Shown: positions 1 through 12,900 of the stretch, one piece after another
Layout: every line of letters starts with the position of its first letter
Position numbering within the stretch: the stretch's first letter is position 1
Assembly: GCF_009834535.1 (NCBI RefSeq)
Contig: NC_045707.1
Location: 52,268,001 to 52,332,000 of the forward strand
Direction: 5' to 3'
DNA: 64,000 nucleotides
From: Camelus ferus
Taxonomy: Eukaryota
Translations under genes and position numbers: made by a program
The notes under the pieces: model-generated
The model's input: the letters and a program-made list of their open reading frames with translations, nothing else
What the model was told of the DNA's origin: nothing
Database searches by the model: none

Positions 1-19
1 CTGAATATTTTATGTGGAA

Positions 20-200
20 TTTTCCTTTTAATCTTCACAAAACCTCATGAGGTAATTGTATTATCCTCATTTATGAAACGGAGAAACTGAGGTTCAGAGA
101 GTTTAGACTAATTGCCTAATATACAATTTATGAGAGATAGAGTCAGATTTCAAAGACTGATAATCTGATACCAGTGCCTTTGGCATTGATCTTAAGTTAT
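20..200. mobile_element. MIR SINE fragment
   Basis: Core-like TTATCCTCATTT...GAAACTGAGGTTCAGAGAG. Confidence 0.7.
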
Positions 201-349
201 ATCACCTCCCCGATAAATGTGTTGATTAAAAGTAAACAACTGTATGATTGAGTGTCTTTTCTTATCTCCTTTCTGTTGCGTGTCAGCCTCGTTTCCTGCC
301 ACTTCCTATGTCATTGTGTACAGTCCAGCCATTTTGATCTTATTTTCTT

Positions 350-690
350 TACTCTGAAATGCTTCTTTTGTCTTTGAGCTTTCACACATGCTGGACCTCT
401 TCTTGAAGCATTTTGCCTTTCCCAGTTTCCCTGAATGATACCTCATCATCTGTGAAGTGATAGATTCGGTGATACTTATTCTGTTATACTTTTCAGTATC
501 CCCTCCACTTTTACTTGGTGCCCCGTTCTGTTCTTGCAGTCATGGTATTGATCACATTCTGCTTAAAAAGTCAATTTATATGCCTCAGTCTCCCAACTAG
601 ATTGTAGGTACCATGAAGGCAAGTACAGTGTCTGCCTTTTCTTACCACAGAATTCCTAGCATGTTGGTGCATAATAAACATTTGAGAATG
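350..690. mobile_element. L2 3' fragment
   Basis: CAACTAGATTGTAGG.CCATGAAGGCA...AATAAACATTTG...AATG, a typical L2 end. Confidence 0.6.
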
Positions 691-702
691 TATGAGAAAA
701 CT

Positions 703-1188
703 TGTATCAGATGAAGTTGAGCAGACAGATAAGACTTTATTCAAGACTATTGCAAAGACAGGGAAATATTGAACTTATCTCTGCTGAAATACATGGCGGG
801 AGATTTTCCAGAGCTGAGATGAACTGGTGAAAAATGACTAGAGGGTGTTAGGCGGAGGTTAGTCAATATGATGAGGTCATTTGTGTTTGTAAATAATGCA
901 TATTCTTAGGCTCCTACCTTTACCTAGAGAATTGGAGACAGAGGCACCATCTTTCTTGACGATTATGTCTTAAAGGGAAGACTCTCAAGTCTTTGAGAAA
1001 GACATTCCTGGGTTGTAAAATTGGCAAGAGATTAGGAGAAGATTTATAACTCAAAGGGCCAGAAAAATAATTCACAATTGCAAGTTTAAAATAAATGCTC
1101 TGAGAAAAGGGAGGTTAGGGGCCTAAAGTCTGGAAAAGACCTATGTAAAGTTTAGTCAAGCCAAGGGGAATTGTAAACTCATCTTATT
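703..1188 (-). mobile_element. Probable solo ERV1-type LTR
   Basis: Starts TG and has TTTATT about 30 bp inside. Its composition resembles MER34/ERV1-like LTRs (from recall). The TSD was not resolved. Confidence 0.6.
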
Positions 1189-1194
1189 CGAGAT

Positions 1195-1816
1195 CTGTTT
1201 ATCACTGCAGGGAGGGAAGGAAAAAAAAAAACCTTGACCTGAGAAAAAGAATTCAAGTGGAAGACTGAAAGCATGATATAAACGATTTTTTGGGGGGGGG
1301 AGGTGAGAGGTGATATTTTACTTTTATTTTATTATTTTTTTTAATTAAAGTATAGTCAGAGCAAAAGTCAGTAGAGTACACCTTCAAAAACTGAAGGCAG
1401 GCCAACCCAAGAGGGGAAAAATGGCCCCACTTCTTTGTTTCTCCTGTCTTACATCCTGGCTTTAAGGGTGTTCTTGTGATTGACTGATGGCTCACGCCCC
1501 TTGAGTGTTCAGGCATGCCCAGTTCCTTTGCGCACGGCCTTGCCAAGGATGCACACAGGAAAAACCTGCAGGAGGGGGCCCAAACCGCAATGCTGATTAC
1601 ACGGTAAGGAGCATTGGGTTACCTTAAGTCGGGTTCTTCTCTCTACGTGCAGCTGCAGCATTCAGTTCTAACTAGCTTCTTTGTTGGCGTTCATTTAGAA
1701 AAAGTAAAACTCTCTGAAGCCCCTTATCCTAAGCACAGGCGTACTGTTATTTTCTGGGTTGTTCCTGCCCCTTCCTCTCCCCTTGCCCAGTGCTCATTTC
1801 TGTCTAACTGCCTAAG
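1195..1816 (-). mobile_element. Probable second LTR, interrupted by a T-rich retroposon-tail-like patch at about 1286-1356
   Basis: GC-richer block with retained CpGs and an LTR-like end (CTAACTGCCTAAGA). Confidence 0.5.
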
Positions 1817-4800
1817 ATGTATGTGAAATAAGTGGATAATTAACCAGAAAAGTTGAACACTCGTTAATACACTAACAAGTTTTGACATGTATTGATAAGG
1901 ACTGTTACCTGACTTTGTTTTATAGAATTTAAATAAAGTTTTAAAAAATACACACAGGACATTTAGCCTTTTAAATATTCAAACTAGTTGTCTTGGTTAC
2001 ATTTTCAAATTATTTTAATTCAAGAGAAATAAACTAACATTATTATAATATGGTGCTTCACAAGTAGGTTGTTTTAATTGAACATTTTAGTTCTCCAATA
2101 CTGAAACGTTTATAAATTACTGATGATGTTAAAGTGCACTGTAAATCAGAAACTCAATATAAATATAGTCACTGGAGAGAGCAAAAATAATTTTATTGCC
2201 TGCCAACTGAAGTTCTTGCATATTTTAAATGGTGTTTAATGCTGCTTAAATTATTGTGGCTGCAAAGGACATACATACAATCTAATTAAACCTGTGTAAT
2301 TTCAAAGAAGATAAACTTAGTAGTTACATTAATATTCCTCAAAGTGTCATTGAATATAGTAATTGGTAATGTTTTCAAAGTATCTCACTTTCATTTCTTA
2401 CACATTTAAAATTGTGTGAATCACCTCAAATATAGGGCAGCAGTTAATTTAGCTAAATTGATCATATTGTACATTCTTTAAATTATATGGTTTATTTTAT
2501 TTTCCTTTCCAGCTTTACCCCTGTCTCTCCCAATTCCAGATGCATGTTTATGGAGGTTAATCCCAGACCTGAATTTCATTAACTGACCGTAGCCATAGTT
2601 GAGTTTCTACAGTAATGAGTTCATTGGGCAGAAATTTTGCAAAGATATGGGAGGAGGAGGAGGGGTAAATGTTATCTACATTTGAAAGGACCAGATTTAC
2701 AAATCAGTACTCTTTAATGCAATTTTTTTCTCCTTGACTAACTGGGCATTTATTTGCATGCATTCTAAGTGGCAGTGGCATGGGAAACTAAGATTTTGTC
2801 ATTTTGGTTTAACACAGACTCACCCAGAAAGCACAAGCCTGGTTTTGCATGAGAAGGACTGTTAACCTAAAACGTGAGTACTGTTGATTTCTTTTATTTA
2901 ATTCTACCGTGCTATATAAGACCTTGTGATATGATGTGACTTTATTAAGATATGCAATGAAGGTCTTGATTGAGTGTAATTGTAGACTATAAGAAGGACA
3001 GAAAGTAAGAATTGATATATCATTTTATTGGTGAGTTTAAAGAATTCTAGTAATTAATAGATAACTTTGGAGACAATATATTTGTGCTAGTCACTGATAC
3101 TAAGTTTAAGTCAGATAGCTTTGTATAGTTTTGATATTCCAACTTATTTATGGTCGATAAAATATTTAAATATAATCCCTTATTGTTAAGTACTTGGAGT
3201 ATATATTTAGCATCTCAGTTTTTCTCTGGATTTTTCCCAATGGAATAAGGAGTTGGTTAAAGATAAAAGCTTGTGTACCTTCCTTCCTTGTTATGTCACG
3301 GCTCTGTCTTTCAGCTACTTACTAATTGTTGGCGTCTCCTTTCCCTGTTTGGCCTCTGATAAGTTGTCTTTGATAACCTGCTGCTTTGTTCTTGAACTCT
3401 GCCGTGGCTACAACTCTGAGGTATCAGAACTGTCAAAATAAAAGTAAAACAGCAAGAGGCACAGAGCTTACGAGAGTTAGAGAAGACATAAGGCCTGGGA
3501 TCGACCGGCGAATTTTTCACTGGCAGATAGTTTTCACTTTATCCCATTTGCTGTCACAGTACACAGTACCTGAAATAATAAGGCGATTTTTTTTCCCCCA
3601 GTAATGGACCATGGGGGCTGGTTGCTTTGTGAGAATCTGCCAAGGCAACATGCCATGTGGCTTTATCTTTGAAAGCGAGGGTGAAACAAGCTTGCCTTGC
3701 TGCAGATAAGCGACTTAGAAGGAATCCTATTCAGATGTACCTGTCACTAATTTATCTAGAGGTTTCGTGATTCATACATACTGCTCTGTGTGCGATGAAG
3801 CATTAAATTGGTTTCCTCTGGGAGCAGGTCACATTCAGGGGTCGTCAAACCTATGCCATGGGATGGAGCATGCTTGATTCATACAGCCTCTTGCTACTGA
3901 ATTTTTTTTATCTGTTAGAGGGCTGGTAACTTGAACATATGTTAGATGATCTCTTGGAACATTTCAACAGCAAAGGAGTTGACAGAAACTTAACTGTCTA
4001 TTAATATGCAAGTGTTTGTAACAAAAAATTAATCAACATTTCTGCTGTTAGCATAGTCATTTATTCTGATAATTAAGTAGTTATAGATACGTTTCACAAT
4101 AATACTCTAGCTCTTGATTAATGCGTTTCCATAGCTCCCTTATTTATTGAAACAAAGGGATATGTATTTAAGTGCATTAATTTATAGTAGGGAAAAAAAT
4201 GCAGAGCTGATTTGAAGCACGTCTTACCAAAGAAAAACTTTAGAAGACAAAGGGTTTTCTCATTTACAATATAGTTTTCTACTTTCTTATTCTCTATATT
4301 TTGAAAGAAAATGGCATACCTTGGAAAGTGAAACATACTGATTCAAATTTGAAAGAAACATAAAAGGAAGAGATGCTTATTTACATGTTAACATTGTGCT
4401 GAGAGTCTTTCACAGAGATCTGGGTTTTTTTTTGGGATGTGAGGTATTTAGCTAATGCAAAAAAAAAAAAAGACAAAAAACCCTTTTTCATTTTATTATT
4501 CCCATGACAGGGTATATAAAACTAAAATGTAATATGTTCTCTTGAGTTTTAAATGTGCTCCATTTTGTGTAAAATTAAGCCAATAAATGGCAAAAAGGTA
4601 GTTAAATGAAAGCAATCAGTGAGAGCTTTTTAAAGTGTTTTTAGCATGCATGACAGCAGTCTTAACTGTTGGTAAATTAGCTATATAAACCAATATAACC
4701 GATATGTTTTCCCTAATTTTTTAAAATTTAAAATTGTTTCTTATATTCTGTATTGCATTGTAAAACAAACTTGATCATGTCATGAAAGACCAAAAGGGAA

Positions 4801-5179
4801 ACTTCCAACTGGAAGAAAATGATAACTTTATGCTGAATTTATACAGTGCAAGTCTTTAGATTTTGTCCTAGTTGTGAAAATTTGGAACATTTAACATAAA
4901 TTGGAATTTTTCTGTTAATGAATTATAGCTACAGCATTACTATAGGAAACTACTAGATTATTTATGCATAATTCAGAATATTTAAATAAGATACTCTTCA
5001 CATTTTCACAATTCTTAAATTAAACTGTGATCTTAAAACCTTGTAAGGTCTCCTAATAGACAAGACTGTGAAGTAAATATATTTAACAATATTATTTTAG
5101 AATTTCAAAATACTCTAGTAAGCATTTTTCTGTTTTTGAAGTATACTACTGATATATTTATCTATTATTACTGCAGATT

Positions 5180-6070
5180 AAGAGCAAGTTTTGGTAAGTT
5201 AGTGTAAATTCTACCAAATGTATTCATTTTCAAGATTATTTTAGCTATTCTTGATCCTTTTCCATTTCATCTTAGAATTAGCTAAGTCTTAAAATGTTTT
5301 GATTGAAATTGTTTTAAAGCTAGCATATCAGGAAAAATTGGCATCTTAATAATATTGAGTCTTCTCATTGTCGACTGAAATAAAATGCATAACCTAAAAG
5401 TTGAGAGTTATTTTTTATTCAGCATGTTTTATTAGGACTCGAGCCTGGGACTTGAGTGACCTGAGATGCTGTTCCAAAGTGGCAAGGTAGAAGCCAGGAT
5501 ATATGAGTTTTTCCAACAAAGACCAGGTAGCTGGGACATGAAAAGTTTTAGTTACTTTCTAATTAAAGAAAACCAGATATCCCAAGTTAAGGAATGTCAG
5601 CACTTTTCTATGTATCGGAAGGTGCAAAATTCTGCACTCATTGAAATTACTCCCTGAATATGCACCTAGCTATCTCAGGCCAGTGTCCTGTTCTTTCACA
5701 GCCTGGGTTCCCTCCACTCACTGCGGGGCTGGTGGGGGGGGGGGTGGTGAATGGCTGATGACTTGATGACCACAGCATTCTTTGTTTATTCATACGGCTG
5801 GCAGTATTTTTCATTCACATCATTTAGAAGATGGCATAGCTCTTCTTTTATTTAAGTCTTGTTTTATTTCTCTCTGAAGCAATGCATGGTTTTCATAATA
5901 GAGATCCCACATAATTTTTAGGTTTAATTCCTATTTAATGTTTGTTGCTGTCATTAATGGTAACATTTTAAAACGTCTATTTTTCATTGTTAGTATGTAG
6001 AAATACAATCAATTTTATACTGACCTTTTATCCTGTGAGTTTGCTAAATTCACTTATTTCTGTAAGTATT
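5180..6070 (-). mobile_element. Old L1M ORF2 fragment split by the LTR
   Basis: Decayed similarity to the L1 ORF2 region at 38100-38520 (e.g. ATCTTAATAATATTGAGTCTTC). Confidence 0.7.
5369..5819 (-). mobile_element. Solo ERV1-type LTR
   Basis: TG...CA termini, a 4-bp TSD TCAT (5365-5368 and 5820-5823), and AATAAA on the minus strand near its 3' end. It interrupts an old L1. Confidence 0.85.
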
Positions 6071-7897
6071 TTAGTTGACATAGCCTAAGTCCTTTTTCTT
6101 GCAAGTGTAATCCAAATGTAATTATACTTACCTTGAATTCCTTAGACTGTGATTCCCATTCCTTTTAATTTAAAAAGTACATGTCAAAATCTCCATTATA
6201 TTAATTGTTTTAATGGGAGAGGGAAGGGTTAATTGATCATGAATACATAAACAAAAAAATGCCAGGGACAGTTTCTTGGCAAAAAACTATTTAGTTGAAA
6301 TGCAATTTTTAACAGTGTATTAGGATTGCGGCAATTAAGGTACAGTTAAGCCCTTTAGAAATATGAGCCCTTAGTCATTTTTGTTTCCTGACTGTAAGTA
6401 ACAGAGACGAAGCACTTAGCACCTCAGTGTAAATGTGCTTTTTAATTTTTTGAAAACCAAGACATTTTAAAAAATTTCTATTTGCAGCTATTTCCTTTTG
6501 TTGACTGTATTGCCCATGATGATAAATTTAAAGCACTGAGAGGTGCTCAATGGAATGAAAGGTAACATCAGTTTGTTAAAAAGCTTTGTCGAGTTTCTAA
6601 CCTTAGTATCTTAGTGGAACATCCAGAAGCAACTCATGCTCCCAGTATTGTTTTTTGTTTTGTTTTGTTTTTTTTCCCTAACACGATTATTTATCTTTGG
6701 ATCAGTTCTGCAAAAAGTGAAATAGAGTTTCCTTTGGCATTTGTTTTCTTGTCATGGTTCCTTTATGAGTTGTGTAATTTTAAGTTTCTTGCAGCTAGAG
6801 TGCGTTTATTATAAAGATTATTCTCTTCCTAAATAATGCTAAAAACCAGACATACCGCTTGGCAAATTAAGTAGTAAATTCATCCATTTAAATCTTGTTT
6901 ACACTTCTATTGTCAATATATGTTTTTTTAATTCAATAAAGACATTGTTAACTCAATAATGTTAAGAATAGGTGACATCCTTTTGGGGAACTACCTTGAT
7001 AATTCTCAGACATTGCTCTAAATATATTGAATGAACTATTTGAAGCTTCCTTCATTGCCATGTTCTCTTATCCTTCTACAGTTTCACATGCATTATTGTT
7101 ATATTTAGCTCTCCACTCCTTGTCATTTTATTTCATTACTCATTTCTAACTTTTTTAATGACTCATGTTAGAAGTCATCTTTTCTGAACTTTTCTTGAAC
7201 TATGAAGCCATGGTCAAATTTCCTTCTGGTTCTACCCATAGCATATTGAGATTTTTTTCCAATAGAACATATTTCAGACTACAATCAGTGCCCCTTGATG
7301 CATCTTTTTTTTTTTTTTTTTTTTGCAACAACATTTGGCAAGCTGGGAAGTCTCTGTATTAGAGGTAAATAAGCAACACATGAGAAAAATAAACCCTACA
7401 CTATCAATGGGGAAAGACAAGAAACAATATAATTGACTTTACACTGCAGAATTCCCGAAAGTCTTAGTTATTTGCAGTGCGAGGTACCCCTGGTTCGAGG
7501 GATAAATGGTGGGGTAAGGAAGAGGCAAAAACAAAACAAAAAAAAAACAAAAAAAGAGAGAGAGAGAAAAAAGAAAAAGAAAGAAAGATTGATTAAAAAT
7601 GAAGAACTGTTAGTTCTCTAAATATTCTGTGTTCTAAAATCCTAAGGCAGTATCTTCATGAATTTCTAATTAAGTCAGAATTTTTGTTTACTTTGAAATC
7701 ATATTTTAATTATCTCAATTTCTTCCAATTTTCATTTTCACATTTTTTTAAGTTTGATTTCTGTAATTACAATTCTGCTACACTAGTTGTAGTATCCTTG
7801 GTTTGGATTAACAACCAAATTCATGAAACACAAGAGGCTTCAACCAGCACCAGGTTTACTCAGCTTCAGGAAATAATACACATTAGGTAACATTAAG

Positions 7898-8117
7898 CAG
7901 GGTTGAGACTAGGTTAAATCAAATGAGGCTTTCACTTTGTGTGTAAAATTTAAGGGTACACCAGTCAATTCAGTAAGCTAAATAAATTATATTTCAATAA
8001 AATATTTTTTAAATGCATAAATTTCAGATGAACAAAAATAATTTAAAAAATATAGACAAGATCAGTATTACTAATTTTTCCTCTGCTTCAACTCCTGTAT
8101 GGCTCAACGAAGGACTG
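7898..8117 (+). mobile_element. hAT-type non-autonomous DNA transposon (MER96B-like)
   Basis: CAG...CTG termini. Internal AAAATTTAAGGG and GATCAGTATTACT match the recalled consensus. Confidence 0.7.
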
Positions 8118-8401
8118 TAATATATTATTGGAAGGTAAATGAGAACAATTTCTAGAAAGTGAAGCAGAGAGACAAAAAACTGGAAAATAGAAGAGAAAAA
8201 ATAAGAAAATTAGTGTCTTCTTCTGAGTCCCACTATCTCAATTACAGAATTTCAAAAAAAGATAAATAAAATGGCGGGGGACAGTCATCAATAAAATAAT
8301 AGTTCAATATAGTTTTCAAAACCTGTAAAATATAAATTTCCCAGAAGTGCAAGTGTCCACTAAGTACTCATTACAATGGATAAAAATAAAAGGAAGTAAA
8401 T

Positions 8402-8403
<2 letters not shown>

Positions 8404-8451
<48 letters not shown>
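8404..8451 (+). repeat. (AAT)n microsatellite, about 16 units
   Basis: Directly visible. Confidence 0.98.
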
Positions 8452-8452
<1 letters not shown>

Positions 8453-9722
8453 CTAGTTTTCATTGAGCTTTTTAATACCAGTAGAGTAATTTTGAATATA
8501 CATGATTATTTTTCTTTGTGTGAAGATAATTAAACTTACCTACTTTCATCTGTGTTAATCTGTCTGCACAGACGTAAGCATTTGTGATAAACATCATCTT
8601 CTTGGTCCCTATCCCTTCTTACACAGTTTCTAATGACAGTGTGAAAGATGTGAAATCTATCTTAGGAAAAATACAATGGCTATGCAAGTGGCCTGGATGG
8701 CAATATTTCAGAGTGGTTAAATAGACACTGACTTAGAAAGGCTTTCAAATAAATAGATCTTTCCAAATATATAATTCATTACATGGAATATGTTATTACA
8801 TGACTGTCTTTTTAGGCCCTCTTATAGCATAATTAACTTGATTATCTAGGGATATATTTAAAAGTGCATCATTTTAGAGTATTAGAATATTCAGGTTTTA
8901 CTGCTCATTTAAAATAAATGTGAATATTCACATACAGGTACACACACACACATTTTCTCTAAAGTTCCAGAGAAATGTCAGGAACACTGTTATGCCATGA
9001 AATTGTACCTAGAATTTCCTCAGTAAAAATTTCTGGAAACATCCCCAGAGAAATGCAAGTCTTTTTAAAACTTCTCTGTTGATGAAGTCTCCAAATTCGA
9101 CCTTGCTTTTCTGAATCCTGGCACTTACAGTTCATTCCAAATGTGTACTTTGAAGTGGTGAGCATGTAGTAGATCTCTTGGTCTTTAAGTTTCAGAAGAG
9201 CTCCATGAGTTTCTGAGATGGAGATAAAGAATTTTAAAAGAAGATGCAGCACCTATTGGAATAGCCTCAGCATAGATACAAGCAAATTTCAAGAAATATC
9301 TCCTATTATAGGTAGTCCTCAATAAATGAATGGTGATGTAGGAAATAATACAAGCAAATAAACAAGAACTTCCAAACATTATTCACAACTCCCACCTGCA
9401 GGATCTCCCCAAAGACATTAGAATCTTGAGGAAAATTCCTTTTCTCAGTCCTTCTCGCTTCTCCCTACCATAGAACTGTGCCCTAAATAAATAGATTACC
9501 AACAGTAAAAATATCTTTAATTTCAACAAGCTAGTTAAAGCAGGTATCAGTTGGAGAACTTGCAGAACAAGAACCCTGTCCTTCACTTAACATAGATCTT
9601 CTAATCTTTACATTTCCATGTGACAACATTTTGGTGACATTTTACAATTTGGGGCGTCTCAGGACCTTATTGTGATGGTGAAATGATATACATTTTATTG
9701 TAAAATTATGGTAAAGTATTAA

Positions 9723-9999
9723 AAGATGTTTGGTCCTGTCTAAAAGGTCCATAAGACATTTGATCCATGCCAAAAAGTCCTTAAATTTGGTCCTATCCAA
9801 AACATTGGTCCATGCCAAGTGGTTTTAGACAGGACCAAGTGTTAAGGACCTTTTGGTGTGGACTGTCTTATGGACATTTTGGACAGGACCAAATTGTTCT
9901 GCAAACATCAAGGACCTTTTGACATGGACCAAATGTCCTATGGATCAAATGTCTTATGGATGTTTTGGACAAGACCAAATGTCTTGCAAGGATCTTAGT
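9723..9999. repeat. Fold-back repeat built from TTTGGTCC/GGACCAAA subunits (possibly a MER99-like DNA transposon remnant)
   Basis: 9723-9768 matches the reverse complement of 9940-9985 at 40/46, with several further internal copies. Confidence 0.75.
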
Positions 10000-12900
10000 G
10001 TACTTACATACTGATTATAATCATTTTAATGACATGGGCCTACTTATTTTAAGGAAAATTTTGAGAAAGGAAATCTGACCCACCTAAGCAGTGTTCTGAT
10101 TTTGGAGGCAGTCGTATGAAGACCTTCCCAACATCAAAATACAGCTTGTCTAAATCATCCTCCTTAACTACCTTACTAAATTACTTTCTCTGTTGTTAAT
10201 TAAGAAGGAGTGTGGTAAGGCACTTTTTAGAGTGACTTTTGTTAGTTAAAACATTTCGGCCTTAACTTTTAATTGCTTTCATTTCTCATTATTCATATTC
10301 TGTTGATCATGTGGAGAAGGAAAACTGGTAAAAATACTTACACACTTCCAGAAATTTGAAAGTGTAAGTGGTTTTCTTAATTTTTTAAAATGATTAGGTA
10401 AGTTGGTTTTACAAGCATAACGATTTCCATCCATTATATAAAATAAGACTCATGTGTATTTACAAATTTAAAAGTTACTTACTCTTTAGTAATTCCATCT
10501 ACTTTTCTAGGATCAAATTTTACCATTTTATTACAAAGTCTAACAGATTTAAGGCTTTATGATTCTTTTCTTCTGCTGAGTGGCTGGGTACAGATTGAAA
10601 CTAATATTTAACAGCTACTTACTATGAAAAAGATGTGGCTTAGCTCATTTAATCCTCCAACTATATTATGTAAGATAAAATATGATCTTCAGTTTTATAA
10701 ATAATATGCAGACTCATATTGATAGTACAATTTGCTCAAAGTCACTTAGCCAGTTAGCAGAGTCAAGGTGGTCTAACTTCTAAGCCCATGCTCTGCTCAC
10801 TACACCATCCGACATGAAGACTAGAATCTCCTTGATGATGATAGAGTAAAAATGACTACATTGAAAGCCCTGTGTCAGGCATGAATTGCACTGCTTTTAA
10901 TACAGGAGCTCCTTTAGATCCCTTTACTTTACCTACTTTATAGATAAACTGAGCTAGAGAGAGGTTTGAATTTGTTCATGTCCAGAGACAGAGTAGTTAA
11001 GTCAGGATTGAACCACAATCCTTTTTAATTTAACAGTTATAATTAGAACTCTTTACCACTATTCCACTGACATTTATTTGTGAAGTTGTTAAGGATTTTT
11101 TTTTTTTGTACAACCTGTATCACAATGCTACAGTAATTTCTCAATAAATACTAATTGTTTTTATATCTACCTAAGTGTGTAATGATTAATGAGACCTTCT
11201 TATGGAAAGACATGAAAGAGAGTCAATATATGTCTACACAGAGGGAAGACAACTTTTTATAATTCTCAGTATTAGCTGTTCCTGTGAACTAAATTATATT
11301 AAAGATAATCAAATCTGAAGTATCAACAAAATAAATATCTGTATTTGTTTGTCTACCTACTGCAAATAAACATGCATGGTATTGATCTGGTAGCTTCAAA
11401 TTGCTATTCATACTTATGTGAGGCATCAGTGAAGTAGGCAACATTTATATTAAAATAATTGATTTGCTTCTAAACATCTACTATAGGTCAGAAAAATTGA
11501 CGTTTATCCTATAACACAGAATAGCTGAAATAATTTAAAAACTCTCATCTGGAACTGAACATGTTATTTTAATACTGCAGGGCTGAATAAAAATCATTAG
11601 GAAATGATTCTTTGGGAAAAACAAACAATTGTCATTAGATTTCTAAGATTTCCATCCAAGTGGCTCTAATCAGCCACATCTCTTGAGAATAATACAAACC
11701 GAGTAAACATCTAGATATAAATCTGGGGCAGAGAGCAAATATTACTGGGAAAGAAATACTGACTGTTTTCCTGATTTATTTTGCACAGGCAGAAAAAAAT
11801 CTCATTTCTTTATGGATTTGTTGCCTGAAGTATATTCTTACCACTTTATCTCCTAATACATTAGAATTTCAAAATCATACGATTACTATTTTGTTCATAT
11901 AATTTTCCCTTTAGAATTCACACTTAATAGAGTGGCATATATGAAACATACTCTAATTACTCCAAAGTTTAAATTACATGTTTAGCAATAAAATCTACAG
12001 CTAAATGCAGTAAAAAAATAGAAACAAAATAAATATATCAAAATCTAACAAAAAAATGACTATAAAATAAACTTTAATCACTAAGTATATTATAATGCTC
12101 AAAAAGGATGCAAGAGATCTAAGAATATGGAAATATGTATCAGAAACCATTTTATGATGTGACCAGGCACACTCACATCCTAAAAGAATATAGTAAGTGT
12201 TTTCTTAATATACAATTGGAGCACATCAAGGCATCAACCACTATTTTGCCACCCATGAGAAACTGCAGAAATCTGTGCTATAGATAGCTAAAGTAAGGTG
12301 GCAATATGTAACTAACCTTAGAAGAGAAATCTACATTTTGTTTTTAACAATTGAGATTTAACTTGCTAGTTAAAAGGAGATCAGTGAGTTTGTGACAATA
12401 TGCTTAATTTGCATTACTATGTTCAATTGAAAGGAAAGAAATTCTGCTTCTAGTGATAAATCAACTAAAGAATAAAACTAATTGAAATCTTTTATTCCTA
12501 GTTTTCTTTTGATTACTAAAGGCTTATATAAGAAATTTTAACACTGTCTGAATTCAAATATAATATTTTGTCTTCTACTGATTTGTACATTTTATAACCT
12601 TGACTGACTCCTGCAAATGAAACTACATTGATTCATTTAGGCTAATAGATAAGATTTAGTAGTTTTTTGCAGTCTTTGATTTTATATATCATATTGGTAT
12701 GAAGGGAGCTGTGGAAAGTATCAACAATTTTATTGAGACTTTTTCAGTCAGAAAGCAAAAATCATGAATATTTATTTTAAATAATTTAAATAAATAATAT
12801 AGAAGAAAATATATGTGAATTTAGGGGTCTTTTTTTTACTATTATAGTTATGTTTTTTTAAATTGCTATAAAATTTCTTTGAGTAATGACTTGAAATTCA

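Noticed and set aside
6123..6135. U1 snRNA 5' end (ATACTTACCT)
   Set aside because: The match stops after 10 nt. It is just a minus-strand donor-consensus sequence.
8959..9586. Three adjacent minus-strand ORFs as a host gene or viral insert
   Set aside because: No recognisable protein family or consistent splice structure, and the lengths are within chance expectation.
9723..9999. CRISPR-like array
   Set aside because: Mammalian context, degenerate modules in inverted orientation, no unique spacers and no cas genes.
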